The notes under the pieces were generated by a model, which ran no database searches, was not told where the DNA came from, and saw nothing but the letters and a program-made list of their open reading frames with translations. From assembly GCA_965223705.1 (NCBI GenBank), contig OZ245015.1, positions 4,032,001 through 4,096,000 of the forward strand: DNA of 64,000 nucleotides. Direction: 5' to 3'. The stretch is from Myxococcota bacterium. Its GTDB lineage: Bacteria > Myxococcota_A > UBA9160 > UBA6930. A program made the position numbers and the translations under genes. This document shows, one piece after another, positions 39,184 to 48,090 of the stretch; position 1 is the first letter of the stretch, and every line of letters starts with the position of its first letter.

Positions 39184-40518
39184 TTGTCGCGGATCCGAGC
39201 CGTGGCTGCCCTGGCACTCGTCGCGTTCGCGGTCGGTTGCACTTCGACCCTCGATATCGAGCGGGCGCGGGAAATCCTGCGTACGCCGAAGGGTCCCGAG
39301 ATCCCCGTCATCAGCGACGCCACGACGAGCGAACTCGAAGCCGTCCAAAACCTGCGCGCCATCTCCGGCGAGCTCCGCGAGGTCCCCCTGCAGTGGGATC
39401 CGTCTCTCGGCCCCGACGTTGCGGGGTATGTCCTCGAGCGGTCTCTGGGCCCGGAACAGCCGTTCTCGCGAATCGCCGTCGTGCCGGGACGCTTTGAGTC
39501 GACCTATATCGACCGCGGTGCGGACCTCGGGCCCAAGCAGAGCCGCGACCGCCTCGTTTCCGACTTGGGCGACGGAGAAATGTACCTCTATCGGGTGCGC
39601 AGCTACCGGGCAGACGGCATGATCGCCGCCGATACCTCCGCCCCGAGCTCCGCGACCACAGCGCCGCGCCCCACCCCGCCCGAAGATTTGCGCGCCTACT
39701 CGCGCATGCCCCGGGCGATCGCACTTTCCTGGACGGCCGTGACCGACCCGGCGGTGCGCGGCTATGTCATCCGCCGCAGCCCGAGCGCCAGGGGTGACTT
39801 CACCGAAGTCGGCCGCGTCGATCACCGCTACGACACGACGTTCACCGACCGAAACCTCGAGTCCCTTCGGGTGTTCTACTACCGGGTCGCGGCGGTCAAC
39901 CGCGTGGGAGCCGAGGGGGAAGCCAGCGCCCCGATTCGCGGCGTGACGAAGCCCAACCCGCTGCCGCCCATCGGCCTGGCCGTCGCCCATCAAGCGCTCG
40001 GCCACAATCAGGTGCGCTGGGACCCCAACGTCGAGCCCGACATCCGGCACTACGAGCTGCTGCGGCGGCGGCGCGGGTCCGAGGAACCCGAGCTCGTAGC
40101 CAAGGTCCGCGCCGGCGCCGCCCCACAGGCCGACGATCGGGAAGTCGGGGCCGGTGAGTTGGTGCGATATTCCGTTGTCGCCGTCGACGTCGACGGCCTC
40201 CGCAGCGTTCGATCGAAATTTATCGAGGTCCGCGGTCAGGGCTACGGCCTCGAGGCGGCCTCGGCCGGGAACGCGACGGAGCTCCGCTGGGCCCCGGACG
40301 TCCAGGCCGATTTTCAATCGACGTTGGTTCTCCGGGAAGGCGGGCTCGGTGCACGAGAGCTCGGCTGGGCCAAGACGCACCAGTTCCAGGATCGCGACGT
40401 CAAGCCGGGGTCTCGGTACCGTTACCGCGTGGTGGGAATCCGCCCCGATGGTACGAGGGCGCCGCCGTCCGCGCCCGTCGAGGTGCACATTCCCGAAGTC
40501 CCGGCGAACACCCCCTAA
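39184..40518 (+). CDS. Fibronectin type III repeat lipoprotein
   Basis: Lipobox 'AVGC'; repeated 'L.W...V.GY...Y.YRV' FN3 patterns. Confidence 0.8.
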   Translation: MSRIRAVAALALVAFAVGCTSTLDIERAREILRTPKGPEIPVISDATTSELEAVQNLRAISGELREVPLQWDPSLGPDVAGYVLERSLGPEQPFSRIAVVPGRFESTYIDRGADLGPKQSRDRLVSDLGDGEMYLYRVRSYRADGMIAADTSAPSSATTAPRPTPPEDLRAYSRMPRAIALSWTAVTDPAVRGYVIRRSPSARGDFTEVGRVDHRYDTTFTDRNLESLRVFYYRVAAVNRVGAEGEASAPIRGVTKPNPLPPIGLAVAHQALGHNQVRWDPNVEPDIRHYELLRRRRGSEEPELVAKVRAGAAPQADDREVGAGELVRYSVVAVDVDGLRSVRSKFIEVRGQGYGLEAASAGNATELRWAPDVQADFQSTLVLREGGLGARELGWAKTHQFQDRDVKPGSRYRYRVVGIRPDGTRAPPSAPVEVHIPEVPANTP

Positions 40519-40582
40519 ACCGACCCAGAAAGTCCGTCACGCATTGCGCGAAAGAGGGCACCAACTAGACTGATCGGCCCGT

Positions 40583-40658
40583 TCCCCGGTAGCTCAGTTG
40601 GTAGAGCAAGCGGCTGTTAACCGCTGGGTCGTAGGTTCGAGTCCTACCCGGGGAGCCA
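40583..40658 (+). tRNA. tRNA-Asn (GTT)
   Basis: TCCCCGG/CCGGGGA acceptor, AGCGG-CT-GTT-AA-CCGCT, GGTTCGAGTCC, 3' GCCA. Confidence 0.97.
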
Positions 40659-40672
40659 CGCCGAACGCCTCC

Positions 40673-41068
40673 TCATAAATCGTCGCGCTGAAGACAACGT
40701 TCGGCAGCGGTATCGAGCGTGAGCCGCGGCTGCTCCCGCGGCGTCGCGAATCGAAACTCGGCATAGAGCCCGGATTTGAAGCAGTAGCCGACGCGCCAGT
40801 CTTCGGCGGTCTTCTCTTTGTGCGCGAGTACGATGCGACCCGACAGTTCCTCGTGAACGTCGGCCAAGGGACTCCGGTCGGCTTCGCGTAGGGCTCGTTC
40901 GTAGAGCGGCGTCCCCTCTTGGATCGAGCGAAGAATCTGCCGGCCCAGGTGGTCGAGTTTGCGCAGCTCCGAACGCTCTGCGGTCGTCGCGACGCCGTAG
41001 ATCGTGGCTCCCGAAAGGACGACGAAGGCGAACAACAAGCGCAGCGCGACGATCGATTTCTCGCTCAC
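40673..41068 (-). CDS. Hypothetical membrane-anchored protein
   Basis: N-terminal hydrophobic helix; TAGCGT -10-like box 6 nt before the GTG. Confidence 0.6.
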   Translation of the reverse strand: MSEKSIVALRLLFAFVVLSGATIYGVATTAERSELRKLDHLGRQILRSIQEGTPLYERALREADRSPLADVHEELSGRIVLAHKEKTAEDWRVGYCFKSGLYAEFRFATPREQPRLTLDTAAERCLQRDDL

Positions 41069-41115
41069 GCGGGGACGCTAGCTGAAAACCCGAGAGGGCC
41101 CGCTACGCTAGCGCG

Positions 41116-42270
41116 ATGCCCATCAACCGCGTCCAGGCCGCCCTCGACCAGCTCCGTCGTGGTCACGCGGTGATTCTCATCGACGGCGACGAACACGACG
41201 TCGAAGGCGAGTTCGTCGTTGCGGCGGAAAAAATCACCCCGGATTGGGTGAACTTGATGGTCAAGCACGCTCGCGGCCTCGTATGCCTCTCCCTCACACG
41301 GGAACGCGCCGAAGAATTGCAACTGCGCCCGATGGTGAGTGAGGGCGAAGGTCACGGCACGGACGGCGGACCCTTCACGGTTTCGATCGAAGCGGCGCGA
41401 GGCGTGACGACCGGCATCAGCGCGGGCGACCGGGCCACCACGATTCTCACCGCCGTCGATCCCGCGAACACCGCGCGATCCGTTCGCTCGCCCGGTCATG
41501 TCTTCCCCGTCGTGGCGCACCCCGGCGGTGTTCTCGCGCGCGCGGGTCACATCGAGGGTTCCGTCGACCTCGCGCGGCTCGCCGGGCTGCGGCCCGCCGC
41601 CACGACCTGCAAGATCCTGGCGGAGAACGGGGCCGTCGCCGGTCGGGCGGAAATCGAGGCACTCGCACAAGAGCTCGGACTGCGCATCGTCTCCCTCGCG
41701 GACTTGATCGCGTTCCGGCGGGCAAAGGAAAAGCTCGTCGAGCGCAGAGTCGAACTCGCGCTTCCGCTGATCTACGGGGACTTCCGCGTCGTCGTCTACC
41801 GCAGTACTTACGACGATCTCGAACACCTCGCGTTCGTAAAAGGCGAGCCGGCGGCGAACCAGCCGGCCCTCGTGCGGGTGCAGTCGGTTCAAATCGCGCT
41901 CGAAGCGCTGCTCTTCTTGAAGCGGGGTGCCTGGAGTTCCCTCGCTACCGCGCTGTCCGCCGTCGACCAAGAGGGACACGGCGTCGTCGTCTGCCTCGCA
42001 GGAAGGAGCGGAGAGCGGCTCGCCGATGTCGTCACGCGCCTCGCCGAAGACCTTCCCGCATCGGAACCGTCAGCGTCGGACGCCCAGCTGCGCCACTACG
42101 GCACGGGTGCGCAGATTCTTTCCGACCTGGGCATCCGGCGGCTGCGGCTGCTGACCGACAATCCCCGGCGCCTGGTCGGTCTCGAGGGTTTCGGACTCGA
42201 GGTCGTCGAAACGGCCCCGATGCCGCCACCGAGCGACGCCAACATTCGCCCGTTGCGCGCAGAGTCCTAG
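41116..42270 (+). CDS. ribB: DHBP synthase fused to a degenerate GTP cyclohydrolase II domain (RibB/RibBX-like)
   Basis: 'GLVC', 'FTVSIEA..GVTTGISA.DR', 'PGHVFP'; C-terminal domain 'YGTGAQILSDLG..LLTDNP' lacks the Zn-binding Cys residues. Confidence 0.85.
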   Translation: MPINRVQAALDQLRRGHAVILIDGDEHDVEGEFVVAAEKITPDWVNLMVKHARGLVCLSLTRERAEELQLRPMVSEGEGHGTDGGPFTVSIEAARGVTTGISAGDRATTILTAVDPANTARSVRSPGHVFPVVAHPGGVLARAGHIEGSVDLARLAGLRPAATTCKILAENGAVAGRAEIEALAQELGLRIVSLADLIAFRRAKEKLVERRVELALPLIYGDFRVVVYRSTYDDLEHLAFVKGEPAANQPALVRVQSVQIALEALLFLKRGAWSSLATALSAVDQEGHGVVVCLAGRSGERLADVVTRLAEDLPASEPSASDAQLRHYGTGAQILSDLGIRRLRLLTDNPRRLVGLEGFGLEVVETAPMPPPSDANIRPLRAES

Positions 42271-42276
42271 CCGGCC

Positions 42277-43059
42277 GTGTTGATCGATACCCACGCCCAC
42301 ATCAACTTCGATAGCTACGACGACGACCGCGACGCGATGTTCGCTCGCGCACGCGAGAACGGCGTCGACACGATCATCTGCGTCGGCATGCTCCCCGCCG
42401 GCGGGCGAGAGGCGCTCGCGCTGGCGCGCGAACACCCCGGGCGTGTCTTCGCTTCCGTCGGGTGTCATCCCTACGACGCGGGCAAGCTCGATGCGGAGAC
42501 CCTAGACGAAATCGACGCCTTGTTGGCAGAACCCGAGGTGATCCTCGTCGGCGAAATGGGCATCGATACGGTGAAAGCCGAAGTCCCCATCGACGTTCAA
42601 CAAGAGGCGTTCGCCGCGCAGCTGCGCTTGGCAGAACGTCACGACCTTCCGGTTTGCATCCACAGCCGCGAGGCGTTTTCTCTGTGTGAGGAAGTCATCC
42701 GCGACGTCTTGCCAAACGGCTGGAAGGGGTTCGCTCACTGCTTCAGCGACGGGGTCGAAGAGGCGCTGGGATGGAAGGCGCTCGGTTTCGCTGTGAGCTT
42801 CGCGGGCCAGATCACGTTCAAGAACAAGAGTTGCGAGCCGATTCGCGATGCGGCCCGCGCGCTGTCGCCGGACGACGTCGTGGTCGAGACCGATTGCCCG
42901 TTCCTCGCCCCGACTCCGTGCCGCGGCAAACGAAACGAGCCCGCGTTCGTCGCACACACGGCGCGAAAACTCGCGGAGCTCTGGGAGCTTCCCGAGGCCG
43001 AAGTGTTCGCCCGGACCAGCGCGACAGCGCGCCGGGTGCTCGGTATCGAAGCGCCTTAA
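42277..43059 (+). CDS. TatD family nuclease
   Basis: 'IDTHAH', 'GCHP', 'GEMGID', 'IHSREA', 'HCFS', 'ETDCPFLAP'. Confidence 0.93.
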   Translation: MLIDTHAHINFDSYDDDRDAMFARARENGVDTIICVGMLPAGGREALALAREHPGRVFASVGCHPYDAGKLDAETLDEIDALLAEPEVILVGEMGIDTVKAEVPIDVQQEAFAAQLRLAERHDLPVCIHSREAFSLCEEVIRDVLPNGWKGFAHCFSDGVEEALGWKALGFAVSFAGQITFKNKSCEPIRDAARALSPDDVVVETDCPFLAPTPCRGKRNEPAFVAHTARKLAELWELPEAEVFARTSATARRVLGIEAP

Positions 43060-44108
43060 GCGTCGAGCAGGTACGAGAAGATGATCGGCGCGACGATCGT
43101 CGCATCCGATTCGATGACGAACATCGGCGTCGCAACGTCGAGCTTGCCCCACGTGATCTTCTCCGTGGGGATCGCGCCGCTGTAGGAGCCGTAGCTCGTC
43201 GTCGAATCGCTGATCTGGCAGAAGTAGCCCCAGTACGGACACGAGCGACGCATGTCCTGGTGGATCAGGGGCACGACGCAGATCGGAAAGTCTCCGGCGA
43301 TGCCGCCGCCGATCTGAAAAAAGCCCACGGTGTTCTGCGCTTCGGAGGCGGGAACGGCGCGCATCGCAACAGCGTCGTGATCGTGCTCGCCGCCGACTTC
43401 GGGAAGGTCGGCGACCGCAGCACCCATCGTCTCCCGGGCGTACCAATCGGTGAGCGCCCCCAAGGTTTCGAGACCGCCGCGGACTGTGGCGTAGGACTTC
43501 AGATGTCCGCGCATGACGTGCGCAGCGAAGACGTTGCCCAGGGTCGAGTCTTCCCAACCCGGGACGAAGATCGGAAGATCCCGTTCGGCCGCGGCCAACA
43601 ACCACGAGTGCGAGGGATCGATTTGATACGCGTCCCGCAAGTGCCCTTCCCGAAGGAGCTCGTACATGAACTCGTGGGGAAATCGTCGTTCGCCGCGCTC
43701 TTCGGCGGCCTGCCACAACGCGAGAATCGGCCGCTCGATTACGCGGAACGCTTTGTCCTCCGGAATGCAGGTGTCGGTCACGCGGTTCAGCCCGCGGCGC
43801 TCGAGGTCCTTTTCCTGCTCTGGCGTCAGGTTCCGGTAGTGGGGAATCCGCTCGTAGTGATCGTGAGCGACGAGGTTGAACACGTCTTCTTCGAGGTTCG
43901 CCCCGGTGCAACAGATCGCGTGGACCTTGTCGCGGCGGATCAGCTCCGCGAGGGAGATCCCGAGCTCTGCCGTGCTCATGGCACCGGCCATGGCCAACAG
44001 CATCTTCCCACCCCCGCCGACGTGCGCATCGTAAGCCCTGGCGGCGTCGCGCAACGCGGCGGCGTTGAAGTGGCGATAGTGGTGCTCGACAAAACGGCGG
44101 ATCGACAT
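43056..44108 (-). CDS. Deoxyhypusine synthase-like protein
   Basis: 'AGAMSTAELG', 'TGANLEED', 'GFFQIGGGIAGDF', 'SYSGA.P.EKITWGK'. Confidence 0.9.
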   Translation of the reverse strand: MSIRRFVEHHYRHFNAAALRDAARAYDAHVGGGGKMLLAMAGAMSTAELGISLAELIRRDKVHAICCTGANLEEDVFNLVAHDHYERIPHYRNLTPEQEKDLERRGLNRVTDTCIPEDKAFRVIERPILALWQAAEERGERRFPHEFMYELLREGHLRDAYQIDPSHSWLLAAAERDLPIFVPGWEDSTLGNVFAAHVMRGHLKSYATVRGGLETLGALTDWYARETMGAAVADLPEVGGEHDHDAVAMRAVPASEAQNTVGFFQIGGGIAGDFPICVVPLIHQDMRRSCPYWGYFCQISDSTTSYGSYSGAIPTEKITWGKLDVATPMFVIESDATIVAPIIFSYLLDA

Positions 44109-44141
44109 CGGCTCCTCGGTGCCGACGAGCCTAGCGTAGGA

Positions 44142-45158
44142 CTAGAAGGCGAACTGCCAACCGACCGTCGCCGTCCAGTCCACTTCGAGTTGGGGGCCGT
44201 TCAGATCCTGGTAGACGGGTCTTCCGACTTCGGCGGCCAGGCGATGCCCGCGGAGTGGTCCCTTCGTGAACAGCCAGTTCGCGCCGAGCCAGACGTCCAG
44301 GCGGCGCCCGCCTCGACGATCGGGGTCCGCCGTCGGAACGAGGTTCGGATTGAGCGCGTCGTCGTCCCCGCGAATGTCGCCCCAGTCGTGGTAGTCCAAG
44401 CGAACGGACGTGGAGAACGCTGTGATCCACCGCCGCGCGAGCCAAGCGGTGGCGCCGAACCGATGACCGAGGCGATAGCCCTTCGAGTTGGTTCCGGTGC
44501 GGAAGTTCGCGCGGGCCTGCGCGCCCCAGGAATAGCGATCGGTCCGAGCGGTGTAGACCAGGCCGGGCAAGAGGTCATAGGTCCCGGAGCCGATCTGCAT
44601 CGGGTACGGCAGACGAACGCGCCCCATCGGTGTGTCGTCCTTCAGGTCGATACTTCCGGTGGGGAAGCTTATGCCCAGGTTCGTGTGAACATGGTGGCGA
44701 ACTTCGGTGCCGAAAGCGGCGCCCGTCCAATCGGCGAGACGGACCATGGCGGTCAAGCTGATATCGCCGAGATGACTGGTTTCCGTTTCGAATCCGGTTC
44801 CCATGCGCGTGCGGTGTTGCATATCGAGGCGGACGAACGGCGCCATCCCCATCACCGTCACGCGATCGCTCGGCGCCCACATAAGCCCCAGCATGTGCAT
44901 TTCCATGTCCATGTCGAAAGGCGCTACCGGGAAATCGGCGTTGACCGCGTCGGTCCCCAACCGATCGGTCCCGTCTCGGTTTCCGTTCATGTTCATGAAC
45001 ATGTATCGATAGGAGAGCATCCACTCCCCCTTCTTGTGCATGTGGTCGCCCATCACGCCGATCGGCGCATGGCCGTCCGCTCGCATCTCGGCGTGCGCGG
45101 CCGAAACGGCGGCGCATGCGATCGCGACAAGCGCGATCCATCCCTTGAAACAACGCAT
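44142..45158 (-). CDS. Exported Met/His-rich outer-membrane beta-barrel ('transporter' family), possible metal uptake protein
   Basis: Signal peptide; 'HAPIGVMGDHMHKKGEWMLSYRYMFMNM', 'MDMEMHM', 'PYPMQIGSG'; C-terminal 'VGWQFAF' barrel signal. Confidence 0.75.
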   Translation of the reverse strand: MRCFKGWIALVAIACAAVSAAHAEMRADGHAPIGVMGDHMHKKGEWMLSYRYMFMNMNGNRDGTDRLGTDAVNADFPVAPFDMDMEMHMLGLMWAPSDRVTVMGMAPFVRLDMQHRTRMGTGFETETSHLGDISLTAMVRLADWTGAAFGTEVRHHVHTNLGISFPTGSIDLKDDTPMGRVRLPYPMQIGSGTYDLLPGLVYTARTDRYSWGAQARANFRTGTNSKGYRLGHRFGATAWLARRWITAFSTSVRLDYHDWGDIRGDDDALNPNLVPTADPDRRGGRRLDVWLGANWLFTKGPLRGHRLAAEVGRPVYQDLNGPQLEVDWTATVGWQFAF

Positions 45159-45222
45159 TCTCAACCCCTCGAAGCGGACAGGCCCTGTCCGCTCGCGAAT
45201 TCATTCGTGACGAATAAAACAG

Positions 45223-45576
45223 CTAGACGTGGGAGAGAGACGTTCTGGGGACCGTGTCGGGAGGAGCCGGTACGAACTTCGGCTCGTCAACGGTGCGCGT
45301 CGCTGTGTAGTCGGCGAGTCGCGGTAGCTTCGGCGCCGCGCTCACCGGCGGGACCAGCTGGTAGACCCCCGCGACGGAAGTCGCCGGGGGCGCCTTGCAA
45401 CAGCCGCAAGGACAGGCGGCGCGGTATTCCGGCTCATCGGCTCCGTCCCCGCCGCCTCCCGACGTGACCGAGGTCGCGCCGGACGGAGTGACGTCGAGGC
45501 AGGGGAGCGCCACGGCGTTCGCGTAGGCGAGCAGCGCGAAGAGGACGAGTACGTACGTAGTGGGGCGCCGGCGCAC
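45223..45576 (-). CDS. Small secreted Cys/Pro-rich protein (DUF2946/CutF/CruR-like leader)
   Basis: Signal-peptide-like N-terminus, CPCGCC, C-terminal 'VPAPPDTVPR'; immediately upstream of the barrel gene. Confidence 0.6.
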   Translation of the reverse strand: MRRRPTTYVLVLFALLAYANAVALPCLDVTPSGATSVTSGGGGDGADEPEYRAACPCGCCKAPPATSVAGVYQLVPPVSAAPKLPRLADYTATRTVDEPKFVPAPPDTVPRTSLSHV

Positions 45577-45582
45577 CTGCGT

Positions 45583-45612
45583 ACCCTATCACAAGCGCCG
45601 CTCTGCTAGCGT
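45583..45612. promoter_or_regulatory. Back-to-back extended -10 promoters for leaderless gltX (+) and the Cys/Pro-rich gene (-)
   Basis: Plus: TG-C-TAGCGT (45607-45612), 6 nt, GTG 45619. Minus: TG-A-TAGGGT (45588-45583), 6 nt, GTG 45576. Confidence 0.6.
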
Positions 45613-45618
45613 GAGTCC

Positions 45619-47286
45619 GTGTCCGACAGCTCCGTCACGCGTTTTGCCCCCTCGCCCACGGGCCATCTTCATGTCGGCGGCGCGCGCACGGCGCTCTTCA
45701 ACTGGGCACTCGCGCGCGCGCTCGGCGGCCGCTTCCTCGTTCGCATCGAAGACACCGACCGCGCCCGATCGTCCGAGGATGCGGTCTCGGGAATTCTCGA
45801 GGATCTCGCCTGGCTCGGGATCGCGTGGGACGACGGCCCGGAATTCGGGGGGCAAGGTGGCGACCCGCGCGGCGTCGGCCCCTTCTTCCAATCGCAACGC
45901 CTGGACCGCTACAACGCGGTGATCGACGAGTTGATCGGGCGCGACCTCGCCTATCCCGCGTTCGAGACCGCGGACGAGCTCGACGCGATGCGGGCCCGCG
46001 CCCGAGAGGCAAAAGAGAACTTTCGCTACCGACGGCCGGCCGACTACGACGCCGAAGCGGCGCGGAAGCGGCAGGGCGAACCGCATGTCGTTCGCTTTCG
46101 GATGCCGACCGAGCCCGTTCACGTGCGAGACGAAATTCTCGGCGCCGTCGAGTTTACCGAGGAACACCTCGACGATTTCGTCATCCGCAAGCGGGACGGC
46201 TTTCCGACCTACCATCTAGCGGTGGTGGTCGACGACCACGACATGGGTGTCACGCATGTTCTGCGCGGACAGGAGCACTTGAACAACACACCGCGCCACG
46301 TCGCCTTGCAGCGCGCGCTCGGGTTCTCCGAACCCCACTACCTCCACGTACCCCTCATCTTCAACGCCGACGGATCGAAGATGTCGAAGCGCGACAAGGA
46401 CAAAGCGGCGCGTGCCGCCTACAAGCAGTGGGATGGCGACCCCGTCGGCGATGTGCCGGGGCTCTCTGCCGAAGCACTCGCCTCGTGGGCCAAAGACAAA
46501 CGAAGCCAGCTCGACACCGACGTCCTCGTGGCTTTGGCGGAGTGCCTCGAACTGGAACTCCCCGCGATTTCCGTCGAGGACTTCCGACGCGACGGGTACC
46601 TGCCCGAAACCGTATGCAACTACCTCGGCCTGCTCGGCTTCTCGCCGGGTGAGAAAGACGCGGACGGCAAAGATCTCGAGCGCTTCGATCGCGCTTATCT
46701 GGCCTCCCGCTTCGACGCGACGCGTGTCGGCCGTTCGAACGCGCGCTTCGATCGCGCGAAGCTCCTCGCGTTCAGCGCCGACGATCTCGCTGCACTCGGC
46801 GACGACGCGTTCTTCGAAGCGTGGGAAGCGTGGTGCGCGCGGTACGCGACCTGGGTCGCCGAACGCTTCGACGAACCGACGCGGCGCAAGATGGCAGCGG
46901 CGCTCAAGTCGCGGTGCAAGACCCTGGCCGACGTGACGTCCCTCCATGGGCCGGGCGCGTTTCTCATCCGCGCTGACGACGCGATCGCGTACGACGAGAA
47001 AGCCGTCGCGAAGCATCTCCGAAAGGGCGAACCGGACGGGTTCTCGTTGCTCGAGCACGTTCAATCCGCGCTGCGCGATCTGGGAGGGTTTGCCCCCGAT
47101 ACGATCGAAGACCGCGTTCGCGCACTTGCCGAGGAGCTCGGCGTCGGCATGGGAAAGGTCGCTCAACCGCTGCGCGTAGCCGTCACCGGAAGCGCCGCCA
47201 GCCCGCCACTCGGCGAGACGCTGGCGTTGTTGGGTCGCGAGGCGACTCTGGCGCGCATCGCGCGATGCCTCGAGACCTGCCGCTAA
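45619..47286 (+). CDS. gltX: Glutamate--tRNA ligase
   Basis: 'RFAPSPTGHLHVGG', 'RIEDTD', 'PTYHLAVVVDD', KMSKR, anticodon domain 'PLRVAVTG'. Confidence 0.95.
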   Translation: MSDSSVTRFAPSPTGHLHVGGARTALFNWALARALGGRFLVRIEDTDRARSSEDAVSGILEDLAWLGIAWDDGPEFGGQGGDPRGVGPFFQSQRLDRYNAVIDELIGRDLAYPAFETADELDAMRARAREAKENFRYRRPADYDAEAARKRQGEPHVVRFRMPTEPVHVRDEILGAVEFTEEHLDDFVIRKRDGFPTYHLAVVVDDHDMGVTHVLRGQEHLNNTPRHVALQRALGFSEPHYLHVPLIFNADGSKMSKRDKDKAARAAYKQWDGDPVGDVPGLSAEALASWAKDKRSQLDTDVLVALAECLELELPAISVEDFRRDGYLPETVCNYLGLLGFSPGEKDADGKDLERFDRAYLASRFDATRVGRSNARFDRAKLLAFSADDLAALGDDAFFEAWEAWCARYATWVAERFDEPTRRKMAAALKSRCKTLADVTSLHGPGAFLIRADDAIAYDEKAVAKHLRKGEPDGFSLLEHVQSALRDLGGFAPDTIEDRVRALAEELGVGMGKVAQPLRVAVTGSAASPPLGETLALLGREATLARIARCLETCR

Positions 47287-48062
47287 GCGGCTGGCAGCTC
47301 GATCTCGGCGTAGACGCCGAAGTGATCGGACGCGAAAACACCGCCGCGCGGTCTGTTGCAAACCACCTCACATCGTCGAAACCGAATGTTCGTCCCGCGC
47401 CCAGCGAAGACGTAGTCGATGCGGACGCCAGGAGGCTCGCTCACGATCGCGTAGGGGTTTTCCTTCGACCAAGTCAAACCCGGGCCCGCCCCCACGCGCT
47501 CGAACGCATCGTCGAAGTGCGGCGCAAATAGCGGCGTCAACTCGTGCCCGGGAGAGGCGTTGAGATCGCCCAGGAAAAAGTGAGGTGTCGCGGGACCCGC
47601 GCCGCGCTCGCGCCGAAAACGGGAGAACGCCGCGATGGCGTCTGCCGCCTGGAGGGCGCGAATCGCCGGCTCTCGATGATGGAAGTGCGAGCAGGCGACG
47701 AAACACGAGCCAAAGGGCGATTCAATCTCGGTGCAGACCACGGCTCGCCGTTCCGCTTCTCCGCCGGTGGGAAGTTCGTGGTTGTGTTCGGAGCGAAATG
47801 GCCAGCGACTGGCTACGGCGTTCCCGTAACGTAGGCGTGTGTCTTTCCAAAACGGAACCACGTCGCCGAAGACGACGTCATATCCCAAGCCTTCGAGCAG
47901 CGACGTCGCCTGGCACGAGTCGGGTCCTCGGAGCACTTCTTGAAAAGCGATGATGTCCGGTGCCAAGGCTTCGATGTTTTCGCGTTGAACGCTTCGCCGT
48001 TCAGCCGGCGGATTGTCGTGCCATAGATTGAGAGTCAACAGGGATAGACACTGAGAACGCAC
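47283..48062 (-). CDS. Endonuclease/exonuclease/phosphatase family protein
   Basis: 'LTLNLW', 'DIIAFQEV', 'GDLN', 'RIDYVF', 'SDHFGV'. Confidence 0.88.
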   Translation of the reverse strand: MRSQCLSLLTLNLWHDNPPAERRSVQRENIEALAPDIIAFQEVLRGPDSCQATSLLEGLGYDVVFGDVVPFWKDTRLRYGNAVASRWPFRSEHNHELPTGGEAERRAVVCTEIESPFGSCFVACSHFHHREPAIRALQAADAIAAFSRFRRERGAGPATPHFFLGDLNASPGHELTPLFAPHFDDAFERVGAGPGLTWSKENPYAIVSEPPGVRIDYVFAGRGTNIRFRRCEVVCNRPRGGVFASDHFGVYAEIELPAA

Positions 48063-48090
48063 TGGCCTACAGCCTTGTTCCGGAGGTGTT

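Noticed and set aside
42771..45467. Long opposite-strand ORFs (898 aa here; also 48312-50195, 24382-26121, 19272-20993, 59517-61115)
   Set aside because: Shadow frames of real high-GC genes; no recognisable motifs.
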